Position numbers and translations under genes: made by a program
Part shown: piece after piece, positions 51,501-59,112 of the stretch
Numbering within the stretch: position 1 is the first letter of the stretch
Layout of the letters: every line of letters starts with the position of its first letter
Assembly: GCA_000002435.2 (NCBI GenBank)
Contig: CM018793.1
Reading direction: 5' to 3' (one strand)
Origin: Giardia intestinalis
Taxonomy: Eukaryota
Length of the DNA stretch: 64,000 bases
The notes under the pieces: generated by a model
The model's database searches: none
Seen by the model: only the letters and a program-made list of their open reading frames with translations
What the model was told of the DNA's origin: nothing

Positions 51501-51561
51501 GGCTCTCCTTCGTCACGAACTTCCCATCCAACTGCTCCGTGCGGATGATGAGGTTGTTCAT
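48544..51561 (-). CDS. 1005-aa protein with a globular N-terminal domain, a Lys-rich NLS-like stretch (KKKKKEQKPKKPRKLKKKK), a long central coiled-coil and a C-terminal globular domain.
   Basis: Uninterrupted ORF with strong heptad periodicity in the middle third. Confidence 0.6.
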   Translation of the reverse strand: MNNLIIRTEQLDGKFVTKESLQKVVDQLSFASEYYFNVLKEFCERNALRDDQRRALLGSNLNINLTHRLQGYFGPKTVHCATQLMTEKDKASALRYYCNAHNYEIKDYNGNMLDGMSPLKGPCLVFLVKFMEEIIGFKNTPKGIFNIALNGGKLTKAMKKAAPIVGFNNNFQPEEYMRDTTNKSEYMRGLTIVQKIVALQWMMMGNYAFREELLPMADQKALLKKKKKEQKPKKPRKLKKKKTRDNDLIPDALEGKIGIGNAISQDDFRKQPLFQQIQYLYEMVGGSLAGRNNQKLSPYGRVSRADFMAATVNQQTMWLYRQLQGQDEDGDEDNGLRKHIGGNYKIGGSYLKIKNLKKLSQGRVTHQTRYLGKRALKHETKIQNLERNNKKLDLEITKLQAAVKYLKAKLLADDNDYKKLQDKINKGGNTGGIGSKLNVINMAVGYALDAAILTVASTGLAYAIQAKNRLDEHDYKFKRIYKFLTDDLFYRFEFIWNEFSHINRDVSLVHLEAARAKNHIKVLQSIAGEDQVAIEALQEEAKVHAKRIERLTENQNDIMDFRNRIEILMTVVVQFFERNGISFTDPVGGIIDMSGIRTELEGAYNYLRELVAELQYQVKAISSLTSARNDALEAQIEEEQERSAEQRRLLTERIVAQDELIRRLTERLDALESKEGSKDDSAVIQDVSGLSARVAALEREREEDRATIERLNVTITEISDRYNTLSGRLAGYEERIATNESDISEMKTSINDLKSNTTDYAALETRVNAAESNIRGLWDTTRTQETALSALTTRVANCEGKIRANETRIKNNADTIAIWTDEVTTLKRSVGQNRDQIASLKVTVSNLQGSLSSASSRLSRLESTVSGFESSIRLNRDSIATLNAQSNKLTYVCRELKYQYLVRKWIPGQTTDGNGFMRISMSSLPSDAISKSNDCIVSIVPYDVWVTSYDRVFVAWNDYREGNSNDSYINVTLRFAYDKSIGKIGGGQRVAIWYWARSSVENYSL

Positions 51562-51622
51562 CTATTTTAATTTCGCAACCATTTAGAATCAGAATCTCGT
51601 TTCGGAAAATAAAATGGTGTAA

Positions 51623-52150
51623 ATGGCTACTCTCAAAGACCTTCTGAACACCAATCCAATCGGCATGAGCGAGGAGAACTACGCGCAGCTGCTGCGCTCC
51701 CTCGAGACCCTCAACTACGGCCAGCTGCGCCAGTACGTGCTGGCCCGCCTCAAGCCCCTCGTCGACAACGTCCGCAAGCATCTCCAGGAGGACCCTGTCG
51801 GCTCGATCGACCAGGTCCTCGACTTCCAGGACGCCTTCTGCACCAAGGAGCTGATCCAGACCGTCCGCTGGAACCTCGCGCAGTTCCAGGTGAACGCGAA
51901 GAACCCCCGCAAGGCGCCGGCCGTGCGCAGCAAGGAGGCGACGGAGCTCTCGTACGCGACGGACTACAGCTTCCGGCGCATCGTCTACCCGATCGTCGCA
52001 GACCTCGCGAAGATCCTCTACCTCCGCGCCGAGGAGGCGAACGTCCGGAACCCGAACAGCCTCGTGCGCTACATCCCGCTCCTTATCATGTTCAACCAGC
52101 AGAACGCAATCGGCTACCCGCCCCGCGTCGCCTTCCTCGTGACGCCAGTA
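51623..52150 (+). CDS. Hypothetical protein of about 175 aa with an uncertain 3' end.
   Basis: The ORF continues without a stop through the hairpin and repeat region to 52594, encoding a low-complexity P/R/G-rich tail. That tail is probably non-coding, so the true end is unresolved. Alternatives are a frameshift, a pseudogene or an assembly issue. Confidence 0.35.
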
Positions 52151-52172
52151 GTATATATCCTTGTGGTGCCCA

Positions 52173-52220
52173 CTTTCGTTTTTTTGGGCCTGCACGGGGC
52201 TGGGCCCAAAAAAACGAAAG
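52173..52220. repeat. Perfect 18-bp-stem hairpin (ctttcgtttttttgggcc / ggcccaaaaaaacgaaag) with a 12-nt loop.
   Basis: Exact reverse-complement arms were read from the sequence. The T7/A7 tracts give a terminator- or origin-like appearance. Confidence 0.8.
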
Positions 52221-52467
52221 CGTCCCCCACAAGTGCGTCTGCGTGTGCCGGTCCGCCCACTAGGCTCCCACACGCTGGCGCTCGTTTACCTACTTTTCAA
52301 CAGAATAAAAAACCTGTAAATTTTCAAAAAAAATCGCGGCCTCCCCCCGGAACCGCCCAGCGTGGTGCCGTGCACGCCGGGAGGAGACCGCGTTGTCCTT
52401 GGATGTGTGTGATGCGTTCGCGCCCGGTTCAGCTGCCGGCCAGCCTGGTCTGCTCCCTGCCCCCGGG

Positions 52468-52546
52468 CCCGCACGACACCGAAGTGCGACATACAGACAG
52501 CCCGAAAGCAGAAAGCAGGCCAGCGTTATTTTTTTTTTCTGGGAGG
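52468..52546 (+). repeat. Repeat module A copy 2. It is followed at about 52570..52608 by module B (gaattgattctgat...), whose other copy is at about 42691..42714.
   Basis: Similarity by eye to 43064..43123 and 42691..42714. Both module-B copies sit about 30 bp upstream of an 'aaataaaa..ATG' ORF start (52628 and 42756). Confidence 0.5.
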
Positions 52547-52627
52547 CGGCAGTCAGGAAGTGCAAACCATTCTGACGAATTGATTCTGATCTGATTAATT
52601 GATTCAGGGCGGGGAGGAAAATAAAAT

Positions 52628-53074
52628 ATGACGGATGAGCATTTGGGTGGCGGCGACGTTCAACCTGATAGGGACGATGGCGACGCTGGTGTGTCTGGGG
52701 ATAACGGCGTCGTCGTGCAAGAAGACAGCGTCGATCATGCAGGAGATCCTGGACAGACAGAAGGCCCGCCAACAGCAGAGCCAGCCACAGTACCAGCAGG
52801 CGCCGACTCCCCCGCTGTACCAGACGAGCCAATGGATGAGTCAGAGCTACTAGCAGAGCTCGCGTCTGATAAGATTACCATGCCGATGATGGTTATCACT
52901 ATGGGAGGAAGGTTCTTCGACTGCAAGGACGCTGAGCTCACTGTCACGATGAAGGTAAACGACGAGACGATGGAAGGATGCTATGTCTTGATTGGAGATA
53001 CTGTTCAGGAGGGGGAGGATGGAATAAAGTTAATGGGGTTGGTGTTCAAGCGCAAGGACGTGCCGGCAGAGTGA
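52628..53074 (+). CDS. 148-aa protein: acidic disordered N-terminal half plus a small C-terminal domain.
   Basis: ORF with A-rich initiator (aaaataaaatATG). Stop in AGTGAAT. Confidence 0.5.
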   Translation: MTDEHLGGGDVQPDRDDGDAGVSGDNGVVVQEDSVDHAGDPGQTEGPPTAEPATVPAGADSPAVPDEPMDESELLAELASDKITMPMMVITMGGRFFDCKDAELTVTMKVNDETMEGCYVLIGDTVQEGEDGIKLMGLVFKRKDVPAE

Positions 53075-53076
53075 AT

Positions 53077-54543
53077 TCACTTGTAGAAGAGCTGGAAGAT
53101 GGGGGCCCAGTCGCCCTCTATCTTGGCAGAGAAGGGCCTTGCGTCGACAGAGCCGTCGGGGTAGGTGACTATGTGGTCTGCGCGGAAGTGTAACTTGTTG
53201 GTCGGCTTTTCCAGCTCGTGCCACGCCCAGAACAGCGGGTTGATGACTTGGTAGCGGTCGTGGATGCGGCGGGCAGAGACGATGGGATATCTCTCGTGGT
53301 ACTCTTTGCAGTAGAGGTTGATGCGGCTGTCCTTGTTATACCAGACATACGGCGGAATCTTTATGCGCGTTGTAGGAGAGATCGCCTCATAGAGCTTGAT
53401 AAGATCCGTCTTCCTGATGTGCCAGGCAGTGATAAAGTCTGGCGTTATCATTAGCATGGTTACCGTGGTCATCAGAACGAGATCGTCTCCATCTAACCAG
53501 GCCGCGATATAGGGACCGCTTGGGTTAGGCCCTATTTCTTTCAAGAAGTAGTTGTTGATGTATTTGAAGATGTTGACCATGGCGGTCTTAGTGATGACTG
53601 TTCCGCGGAGCGACAGGAAGTACGGGTCCTTGTGGGGGTAGAAGCGTCTGACCTTCTTGCTTGTTACCTCGATATATGCGTCTTTGCCATATTCGAAGGT
53701 GAAGGTCGGCTCAAGGAAGAAAAAGTCAGGGACGCTCAGCTTGGCGACGGGCGAGTGCAGGAGGATGGCATGAGGCTTTTCGAAACGAAAAAACCCCTGC
53801 TTCTTTTCGTGTTCTGCAGACTCCGTGATGAAGAGTTCGAGATAGACGGGAGCGAGGGTGAATGGGCGGTTGTTTTGGTCAAGGATCTCTATGTCGATGA
53901 TTCGGCCCTCATTGATGCGGTGGTTAACGGCGATGTGGGGGTTGATGAGGGAGAAGTTGTTTGTGATGTGCATAACGCCAATGCAGGCCGGCATTGTCAT
54001 GTTGGAGTCAGACGTGCCGCAGACGTTCTTGCAGATGATCTGGAGATACTTGAGGGTGACGGGAGGATAGGGGATGTCTGAGAGGAGGATGCTCCGTTCG
54101 CCTTGCGGAAGGTTTCGGGAGAATAGTTGCTTGGTGGTTCCGAAGCCAAGTGCCCAGGCAGCCGACGGAGAGAGGTTGAGATTTATGAAGTGGTTCTCTG
54201 CTGTGATTGCTTGTGTTAGTATGAAACGAACAAAGCCATCCTCGGTAATGTTTATTTCGACGTTAGCAGATATGCTGTGTGAGATCAGGTCAGCAAGGTT
54301 CTTAGCGACTCCGTCGAATTCGAATAACGTCTGGTTGGCGGTTACGTCGGTAATGTTGAAGGCGCCGATGCTGTCGAATATAGAAAGCGGGGAGTATGCG
54401 CTAACGAGACTCATATAGTGGCCTGTCGGATAGTGAGAGAGGATTTCGCGGATCTTGTTGCTGTATATCGCATGGTTTACGAGACCCTTTCCTATATTTT
54501 TAATTGTTATAACACCTGTCTGCTTTGTCTCGAGTCTCAGCAT
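53077..54543 (-). CDS. 488-aa hypothetical protein, beta-rich by composition. It could be a structural or virion protein.
   Basis: Uninterrupted ORF. It shares a 12-bp A/T-only divergent promoter (tattttttaatt) with the ATPase gene. Confidence 0.55.
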   Translation of the reverse strand: MLRLETKQTGVITIKNIGKGLVNHAIYSNKIREILSHYPTGHYMSLVSAYSPLSIFDSIGAFNITDVTANQTLFEFDGVAKNLADLISHSISANVEINITEDGFVRFILTQAITAENHFINLNLSPSAAWALGFGTTKQLFSRNLPQGERSILLSDIPYPPVTLKYLQIICKNVCGTSDSNMTMPACIGVMHITNNFSLINPHIAVNHRINEGRIIDIEILDQNNRPFTLAPVYLELFITESAEHEKKQGFFRFEKPHAILLHSPVAKLSVPDFFFLEPTFTFEYGKDAYIEVTSKKVRRFYPHKDPYFLSLRGTVITKTAMVNIFKYINNYFLKEIGPNPSGPYIAAWLDGDDLVLMTTVTMLMITPDFITAWHIRKTDLIKLYEAISPTTRIKIPPYVWYNKDSRINLYCKEYHERYPIVSARRIHDRYQVINPLFWAWHELEKPTNKLHFRADHIVTYPDGSVDARPFSAKIEGDWAPIFQLFYK

Positions 54544-54555
54544 TATTTTTTAATT

Positions 54556-55500
54556 ATGCCGCTCGATCTCTCGCTCAAGACTGCGTCTACCAAGGACGCG
54601 CTCGAGTTCCGGGAGAAGCGCTTCCCGGTCTCGAACAACTGCTTCATCCCGATCGTGGGTGTGACGGGCTCTGGGAAGACGACGATCATCATCAACCTCT
54701 TCCGTCTTCTCAATGAGATCTACCGCTACAGCCACATCATCTATGTCGCCGCGAACTACCGCCAGGACGCGACGCTCAGGGCAGCGAACCTCACCCAGGT
54801 AGTTCTCGAGGACTACGTGGAGTTCGAGCAGGAGCGCGAGCATACGAAGCACGTCTACACGGCGAGCACCGATCTGCTGGACGTGGCCATCATGAAGATC
54901 TACGAGCTCCAGGACCTCCACGCGAAGGCCGAGGAGCTCCGGGAGCAGAGGAGGCAGATAGCGAGGGCGATCAAGATCGCGAAGGACCAGCAGCCAGAGC
55001 TCCTCGAGGACCTTGTTGCCCGCTACATCACAATCACCGAGGAGATCGACTCCATAGCGCCGACCAGCGACGGCACGCGTCCGAAGGTCCTCCTCGCCAT
55101 CGACGATAACTCGGGTGCCAAGGCCTTCAAGGTCAACTCTGAGAACAACCTTGTGTACCGCCTCATCAGGGACAGGAGACACCACAACACCTCTGTCCTC
55201 GCCTGCATCCACAACCTCAAGGCCTTCCACGCGCCCTTCCGCATGCATGCGACGGAGTTCATCTTCACGGCAGGTCTCAACAGCCAGGCGCTCAAGGATG
55301 TTTACGAGGACCTGGGGAACATCTTCCCGATCATCAACGAGAAGGCCCAGGACGGCACGAAGGCGTGCGACCTCTTCTGCGGGCTCTACGACAAGGTGAC
55401 GGGCGTCTACCCGAACGACGAGAGCCGCCGCTACTACTTCCTCACCGTCTTCCGTAACGCAAGGGAGCTCAGGGAGAACTTCGACACTGTCCTCAAGTAA
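54556..55500 (+). CDS. Poxvirus A32-like (FtsK/HerA-superfamily) genome-packaging ATPase, with an inserted coiled-coil segment of about 100 aa.
   Basis: The motif order and sequences match the NCLDV/Polinton A32 family. Walker A is FIPIVGVTGSGKTTIIINLF (vaccinia A32: FRMVLTGGSGSGKTIYLLSLF). Then IIYVAANY (A32: IFLFTPVY). Walker B is KVLLAIDDNSG (A32: RFLLIFDDVGD). The family-typical RRHHNTSVLACIHNL matches A32's GRHLNTSIILLCQTY. The true ATG at 54556 is preceded by 'ttttttaattATG'. Confidence 0.75.
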   Translation: MPLDLSLKTASTKDALEFREKRFPVSNNCFIPIVGVTGSGKTTIIINLFRLLNEIYRYSHIIYVAANYRQDATLRAANLTQVVLEDYVEFEQEREHTKHVYTASTDLLDVAIMKIYELQDLHAKAEELREQRRQIARAIKIAKDQQPELLEDLVARYITITEEIDSIAPTSDGTRPKVLLAIDDNSGAKAFKVNSENNLVYRLIRDRRHHNTSVLACIHNLKAFHAPFRMHATEFIFTAGLNSQALKDVYEDLGNIFPIINEKAQDGTKACDLFCGLYDKVTGVYPNDESRRYYFLTVFRNARELRENFDTVLK

Positions 55501-55506
55501 ATAAAA

Positions 55507-55896
55507 ATGCGTGCTCACACCCAGGCGGACGACTACGGTCGCGTCTACACTGTCTCACACCTCCCCTCCTGCGCTGTCCTGCCGACGGGGTCTCCTCCGT
55601 ATGCGCCTCCCCGCGTCGTGCAGGCCTTCAAGGATCCCCTTGCCGGCACGCAGGTTCCCTTCAACTCGAAGAACGACCCGTCCGTGCACCGCATCGTGAA
55701 GGCCCGCCGCTTCGCCTCCCAGTCGAACCTCATCCCCCTCGACTGCAATAGCAACGCAAGGCACATCCAGGTCCCCATGCCCTCCAAGACCCTGACCCAT
55801 GCGATGGCGAAGCGCATCGACCCGTCACTCGCAGACACAAAGAGGCGCACCGCAAAGATGGAAGAGGCCAAGATGCGCATGCGCACGAAGAAGTGA
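55507..55896 (+). CDS. 129-aa basic protein, a possible DNA-binding or core protein.
   Basis: ORF starting directly after the ATPase stop (AGTAAATaaaaATG). Arg/Lys-rich. Stop in AGTGAAC. Confidence 0.4.
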   Translation: MRAHTQADDYGRVYTVSHLPSCAVLPTGSPPYAPPRVVQAFKDPLAGTQVPFNSKNDPSVHRIVKARRFASQSNLIPLDCNSNARHIQVPMPSKTLTHAMAKRIDPSLADTKRRTAKMEEAKMRMRTKK

Positions 55897-55916
55897 ACTC
55901 CTAGGAAAAAAAAATA

Positions 55917-56462
55917 ATGACAGCCAACGTTGACGTTCAGGCGATCGTCGCGGCGGTCCTCGAGAAGCTCAAGGAGCCTGCAGCTCCGAAGAGCGTCTAT
56001 GTGCCCCCGCAGGCCAAGCAGGCGAAGACGCGCATGAAGGAGGTCCCGATCACCGCCCGAGAGGACCCTGACATCGACCCCTACAAGGAGCTCCCCGAGA
56101 TCAACCGCGAGACCCACGAGTACATCTATTGCAAGAATGGGAGGTGGAGGGCCGTCCCCAAGCAGACCCCCGAGCAGATCAAGGAGCGCACGGAGAAGAT
56201 GCTCGAGTCGCGCCTCAGGAAGCGCGCCGAGGCCACCAAGAGGCTCGAGGAGAAGCTCGCCCAGATAAGGGCCGAGAAGATGGAGGAGAGCATGGTCGAG
56301 ACCGTGGCGCCCCCCAAGAGCGAGGAGGAGCACGAGTCGGGCGACGAGGGAGACCCGGAGCTCTCGAAGATCATCGCCGACCACCTCGCCGAGAAGCAGC
56401 GCAAGGAGAGCCATGCAGCAAACGTGTCAAGCGTGTTCGGCGTCTCGGTCACGCATAAGTGA
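55917..56462 (+). CDS. 181-aa highly charged K/E-rich protein.
   Basis: ORF with initiator aaaaaaaaataATG. Probably largely helical or disordered. Confidence 0.45.
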   Translation: MTANVDVQAIVAAVLEKLKEPAAPKSVYVPPQAKQAKTRMKEVPITAREDPDIDPYKELPEINRETHEYIYCKNGRWRAVPKQTPEQIKERTEKMLESRLRKRAEATKRLEEKLAQIRAEKMEESMVETVAPPKSEEEHESGDEGDPELSKIIADHLAEKQRKESHAANVSSVFGVSVTHK

Positions 56463-56478
56463 ATGAAAAAAAAAAATC

Positions 56479-59097
56479 ATGGCGATCGCCATTAACCCCG
56501 ATGTCCGCGAGCTGGACTTCAGCGACAACGTCAAGGTCTCGAAGTTCATGCAGGACTTCTCGGACTTCAGGGCGAAGAAGTGGATCACCTACAGGCCAGT
56601 GAACGCGCCCAGCGAGAGCGAGCCCTTCTTCGGGGGGACGAGACAGTTCATTATCAACATGGGCACGGGTCACATCCTCGACACAATGTATTCTGGGCTC
56701 TGGTTTGAACTTTACTTCCAGAATAATAGTGATGTGGTGTTGTGGCCTATACAGGCTTCTCTTCCTCGCACTTCTTCAGCTTGGATCGAGTCGGTGACGT
56801 TCCAGCATTCGAAGGTGGCAGCCCACATAGATGAACGCCTCTGCGATTACAACGCTGTCAGCACCATCTTTATTCCCGCGAAAGACATCCTCAGTATGAG
56901 GCAGACCTTTTTCACTACGGCAAATCAGCAGTTTGCAGACAATAATATGTTCAATGATGCCGTAGCCGATGATATATATGGCAAGCTTATGCCTGTAGGC
57001 TCGTTGACTACTTCTCGCATATCCCAACAAACCTTTTCTTTCTTCATCCCGCTTCGTTATTTATCAACCATCTTCAATTCAGGCAGATACTTCTTCCCAA
57101 GCCTGCTTCGCGGTAATGGTGAGATGACTCTATCTATTCGCTCTGTTGCTGCGTCTCTTTCAGAGGTGTTTGGTGGTTCTCGCAGTTCTATGGCCATTTA
57201 TATGAATCCTAATTTAAATGATTACCTTTGGTCAACTGCCGCTTCTGACAAAAAGATTAACTGGGATGTTTGTATGTATAATATGAAGTTAGTTACGCTC
57301 TGTCTCGATAACGCTTTTCTTACCAAAGAGTACAACGCCTTCATTGCCAGCGGCCGCAAATTTATTCGCTCTTTCAAAGCCTATAACTACCAGTTCTACC
57401 AGGTCAAGCAGGGTTATAATCGAATTGAGATAGCGAACACCCATCAGTCGATATCGCACATTGTTCTTGCGTTCCAGGTGCCGTATTCTGTACGCGTCGA
57501 TGGTCGAGCTATTTCGATGATGGATAATCAGTCATTTGGTATTCAGAAAACAACAGCGGGCACAACAAGCCAAACGATTAATGCCAAGAACCAGGGCGCA
57601 TTTGTTCCGACACGAGCAAGACCTTCTATGACAGGTCACGCCGGTAATAATTATCAGCCAGCGCCAGACAACCCGTACATTTCAGCATCAAGTCCAAACC
57701 CTCCTTCTGGTACTCGCGCATTTGGTAGAAAGGCGTTTGATCTTGGTACTAGTATAATGTGCAAGATATGGGATAGTGCTAAAAATCTGAACTGGTCATT
57801 TTTAGCACAACCGACTCTTGCCCTTGCGGCCAGTGGCCTTCCTAAGTCAGTACAACCTCTCGTAACAGCAACAGCCAATATGTTAGTTCAGAGTTCCTTG
57901 CAAAGCGCCACTAGAGCTGGAAGTGTTAAAAGACCTGCGCCGAGAACGTCCCAAGAGAATGATTTGTTAAAGCTTCAAAGAAATAATGCCCAAAGCCTAG
58001 CTAGAGGTTTTATGGATCCAAAGAATCGTGATGTTATAGGGACGTTTATTGACGAATTTAACAAATCGACAGGCGGTACTCTTGGAATAACCGAATTTAA
58101 TGCTATAGCACATCAGTTCCTAACTATGAATAATGCCAAAAGTAATTTAACACAAAAACAAAAGGATGTTTTTACAGATCTTATGAATATGAAGAAACTT
58201 GATCCTGTCTCAATTAACTTGATAGCTTATTATGCAACAGATGATGAGAGTGGTCCGTCAGCCATCACCAATGACCAAGTGAAGAATTATCTTTTGAAAC
58301 ACAACATAGATGAAGCTGACATAGATGAGGTGACCGATATTATAGCACGTCATAATTTAGAAACGGCAGGGGTATCTGTCTCCCAGGGAAGACTTGCTTT
58401 AAACGGTTTGGAAATAGATACCAATACCCAGAAAGTCGTTGCCGAGACCATGGATCGAATATTCGGAAGCGATGATACGTTAAAGACTGCCTTTACTGAG
58501 AGTCAGAAGACGTACTTGGCAAAAATTCTCGCAGAGCTGACTGACCAGAACCACTTGGATCATCACAAGTTCTTTACGCAAATGTTCCCCGCCGAGCCAA
58601 AGCAACTCTTTGATCTCGGCATGCACGTTATCGAGAACCTTCAGGTGTACCGCGGGACCGGTAACGGTGAGACGGTCTTTTCAGAACCAATTAACGGAGA
58701 CATGTTCTACCACATAAGTAGGGAGGCAATGGGCGATTCTGCTGAGAACCATCCATTTTTCAGTCTTGAGAATTTCAACAAGGACATGGCAGTAATTGTA
58801 ATTAGTCTCAACACTTTCATGCGCGACGCTCACCACGAGTTCTGGGACGGGTTCAGCACGAACCGCGTTGCTGATCGTCTCTATGTGGAGTTCAATAATG
58901 AGGAGTTTGTCATTCCGGATCTGTCTAAGATTCAACCTTGGTTTGATGATATCGGTTACCAGGATAATTGTATCGGCCTAGACTGCAAGGTCTTCACGAT
59001 CTACGACAACATCTACTTCATCGACCGCGACAACAACCTGAACGTGTCCGACACGCTCCTGCCCCTCCAGGAGGGCCGCATTCCTGGGTCTGACTGA
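56479..59097 (+). CDS. 872-aa candidate double-jelly-roll major capsid protein (large, with insertions), or another virion structural protein.
   Basis: The N-terminal segment W.TYRPVN......FFGG.RQFIINMG.GHILD.MY..L.FEL follows the pattern of the first jelly-roll B-C strands of NCLDV/Polinton major capsid proteins (TNF...FG..V...I.R.GDL......E..L). This is a pattern-level resemblance only. Confidence 0.35.
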   Translation: MAIAINPDVRELDFSDNVKVSKFMQDFSDFRAKKWITYRPVNAPSESEPFFGGTRQFIINMGTGHILDTMYSGLWFELYFQNNSDVVLWPIQASLPRTSSAWIESVTFQHSKVAAHIDERLCDYNAVSTIFIPAKDILSMRQTFFTTANQQFADNNMFNDAVADDIYGKLMPVGSLTTSRISQQTFSFFIPLRYLSTIFNSGRYFFPSLLRGNGEMTLSIRSVAASLSEVFGGSRSSMAIYMNPNLNDYLWSTAASDKKINWDVCMYNMKLVTLCLDNAFLTKEYNAFIASGRKFIRSFKAYNYQFYQVKQGYNRIEIANTHQSISHIVLAFQVPYSVRVDGRAISMMDNQSFGIQKTTAGTTSQTINAKNQGAFVPTRARPSMTGHAGNNYQPAPDNPYISASSPNPPSGTRAFGRKAFDLGTSIMCKIWDSAKNLNWSFLAQPTLALAASGLPKSVQPLVTATANMLVQSSLQSATRAGSVKRPAPRTSQENDLLKLQRNNAQSLARGFMDPKNRDVIGTFIDEFNKSTGGTLGITEFNAIAHQFLTMNNAKSNLTQKQKDVFTDLMNMKKLDPVSINLIAYYATDDESGPSAITNDQVKNYLLKHNIDEADIDEVTDIIARHNLETAGVSVSQGRLALNGLEIDTNTQKVVAETMDRIFGSDDTLKTAFTESQKTYLAKILAELTDQNHLDHHKFFTQMFPAEPKQLFDLGMHVIENLQVYRGTGNGETVFSEPINGDMFYHISREAMGDSAENHPFFSLENFNKDMAVIVISLNTFMRDAHHEFWDGFSTNRVADRLYVEFNNEEFVIPDLSKIQPWFDDIGYQDNCIGLDCKVFTIYDNIYFIDRDNNLNVSDTLLPLQEGRIPGSD

Positions 59098-59112
59098 GTG
59101 AATGGAATAAAA

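Noticed and set aside
48544-51561. 1005-aa coiled-coil protein as entomopoxvirus spheroidin or poxvirus A-type inclusion protein (similar length).
   Set aside because: Spheroidin is Cys-rich and not coiled-coil. Length coincidence only. The coiled-coil architecture is common among host cytoskeletal proteins.
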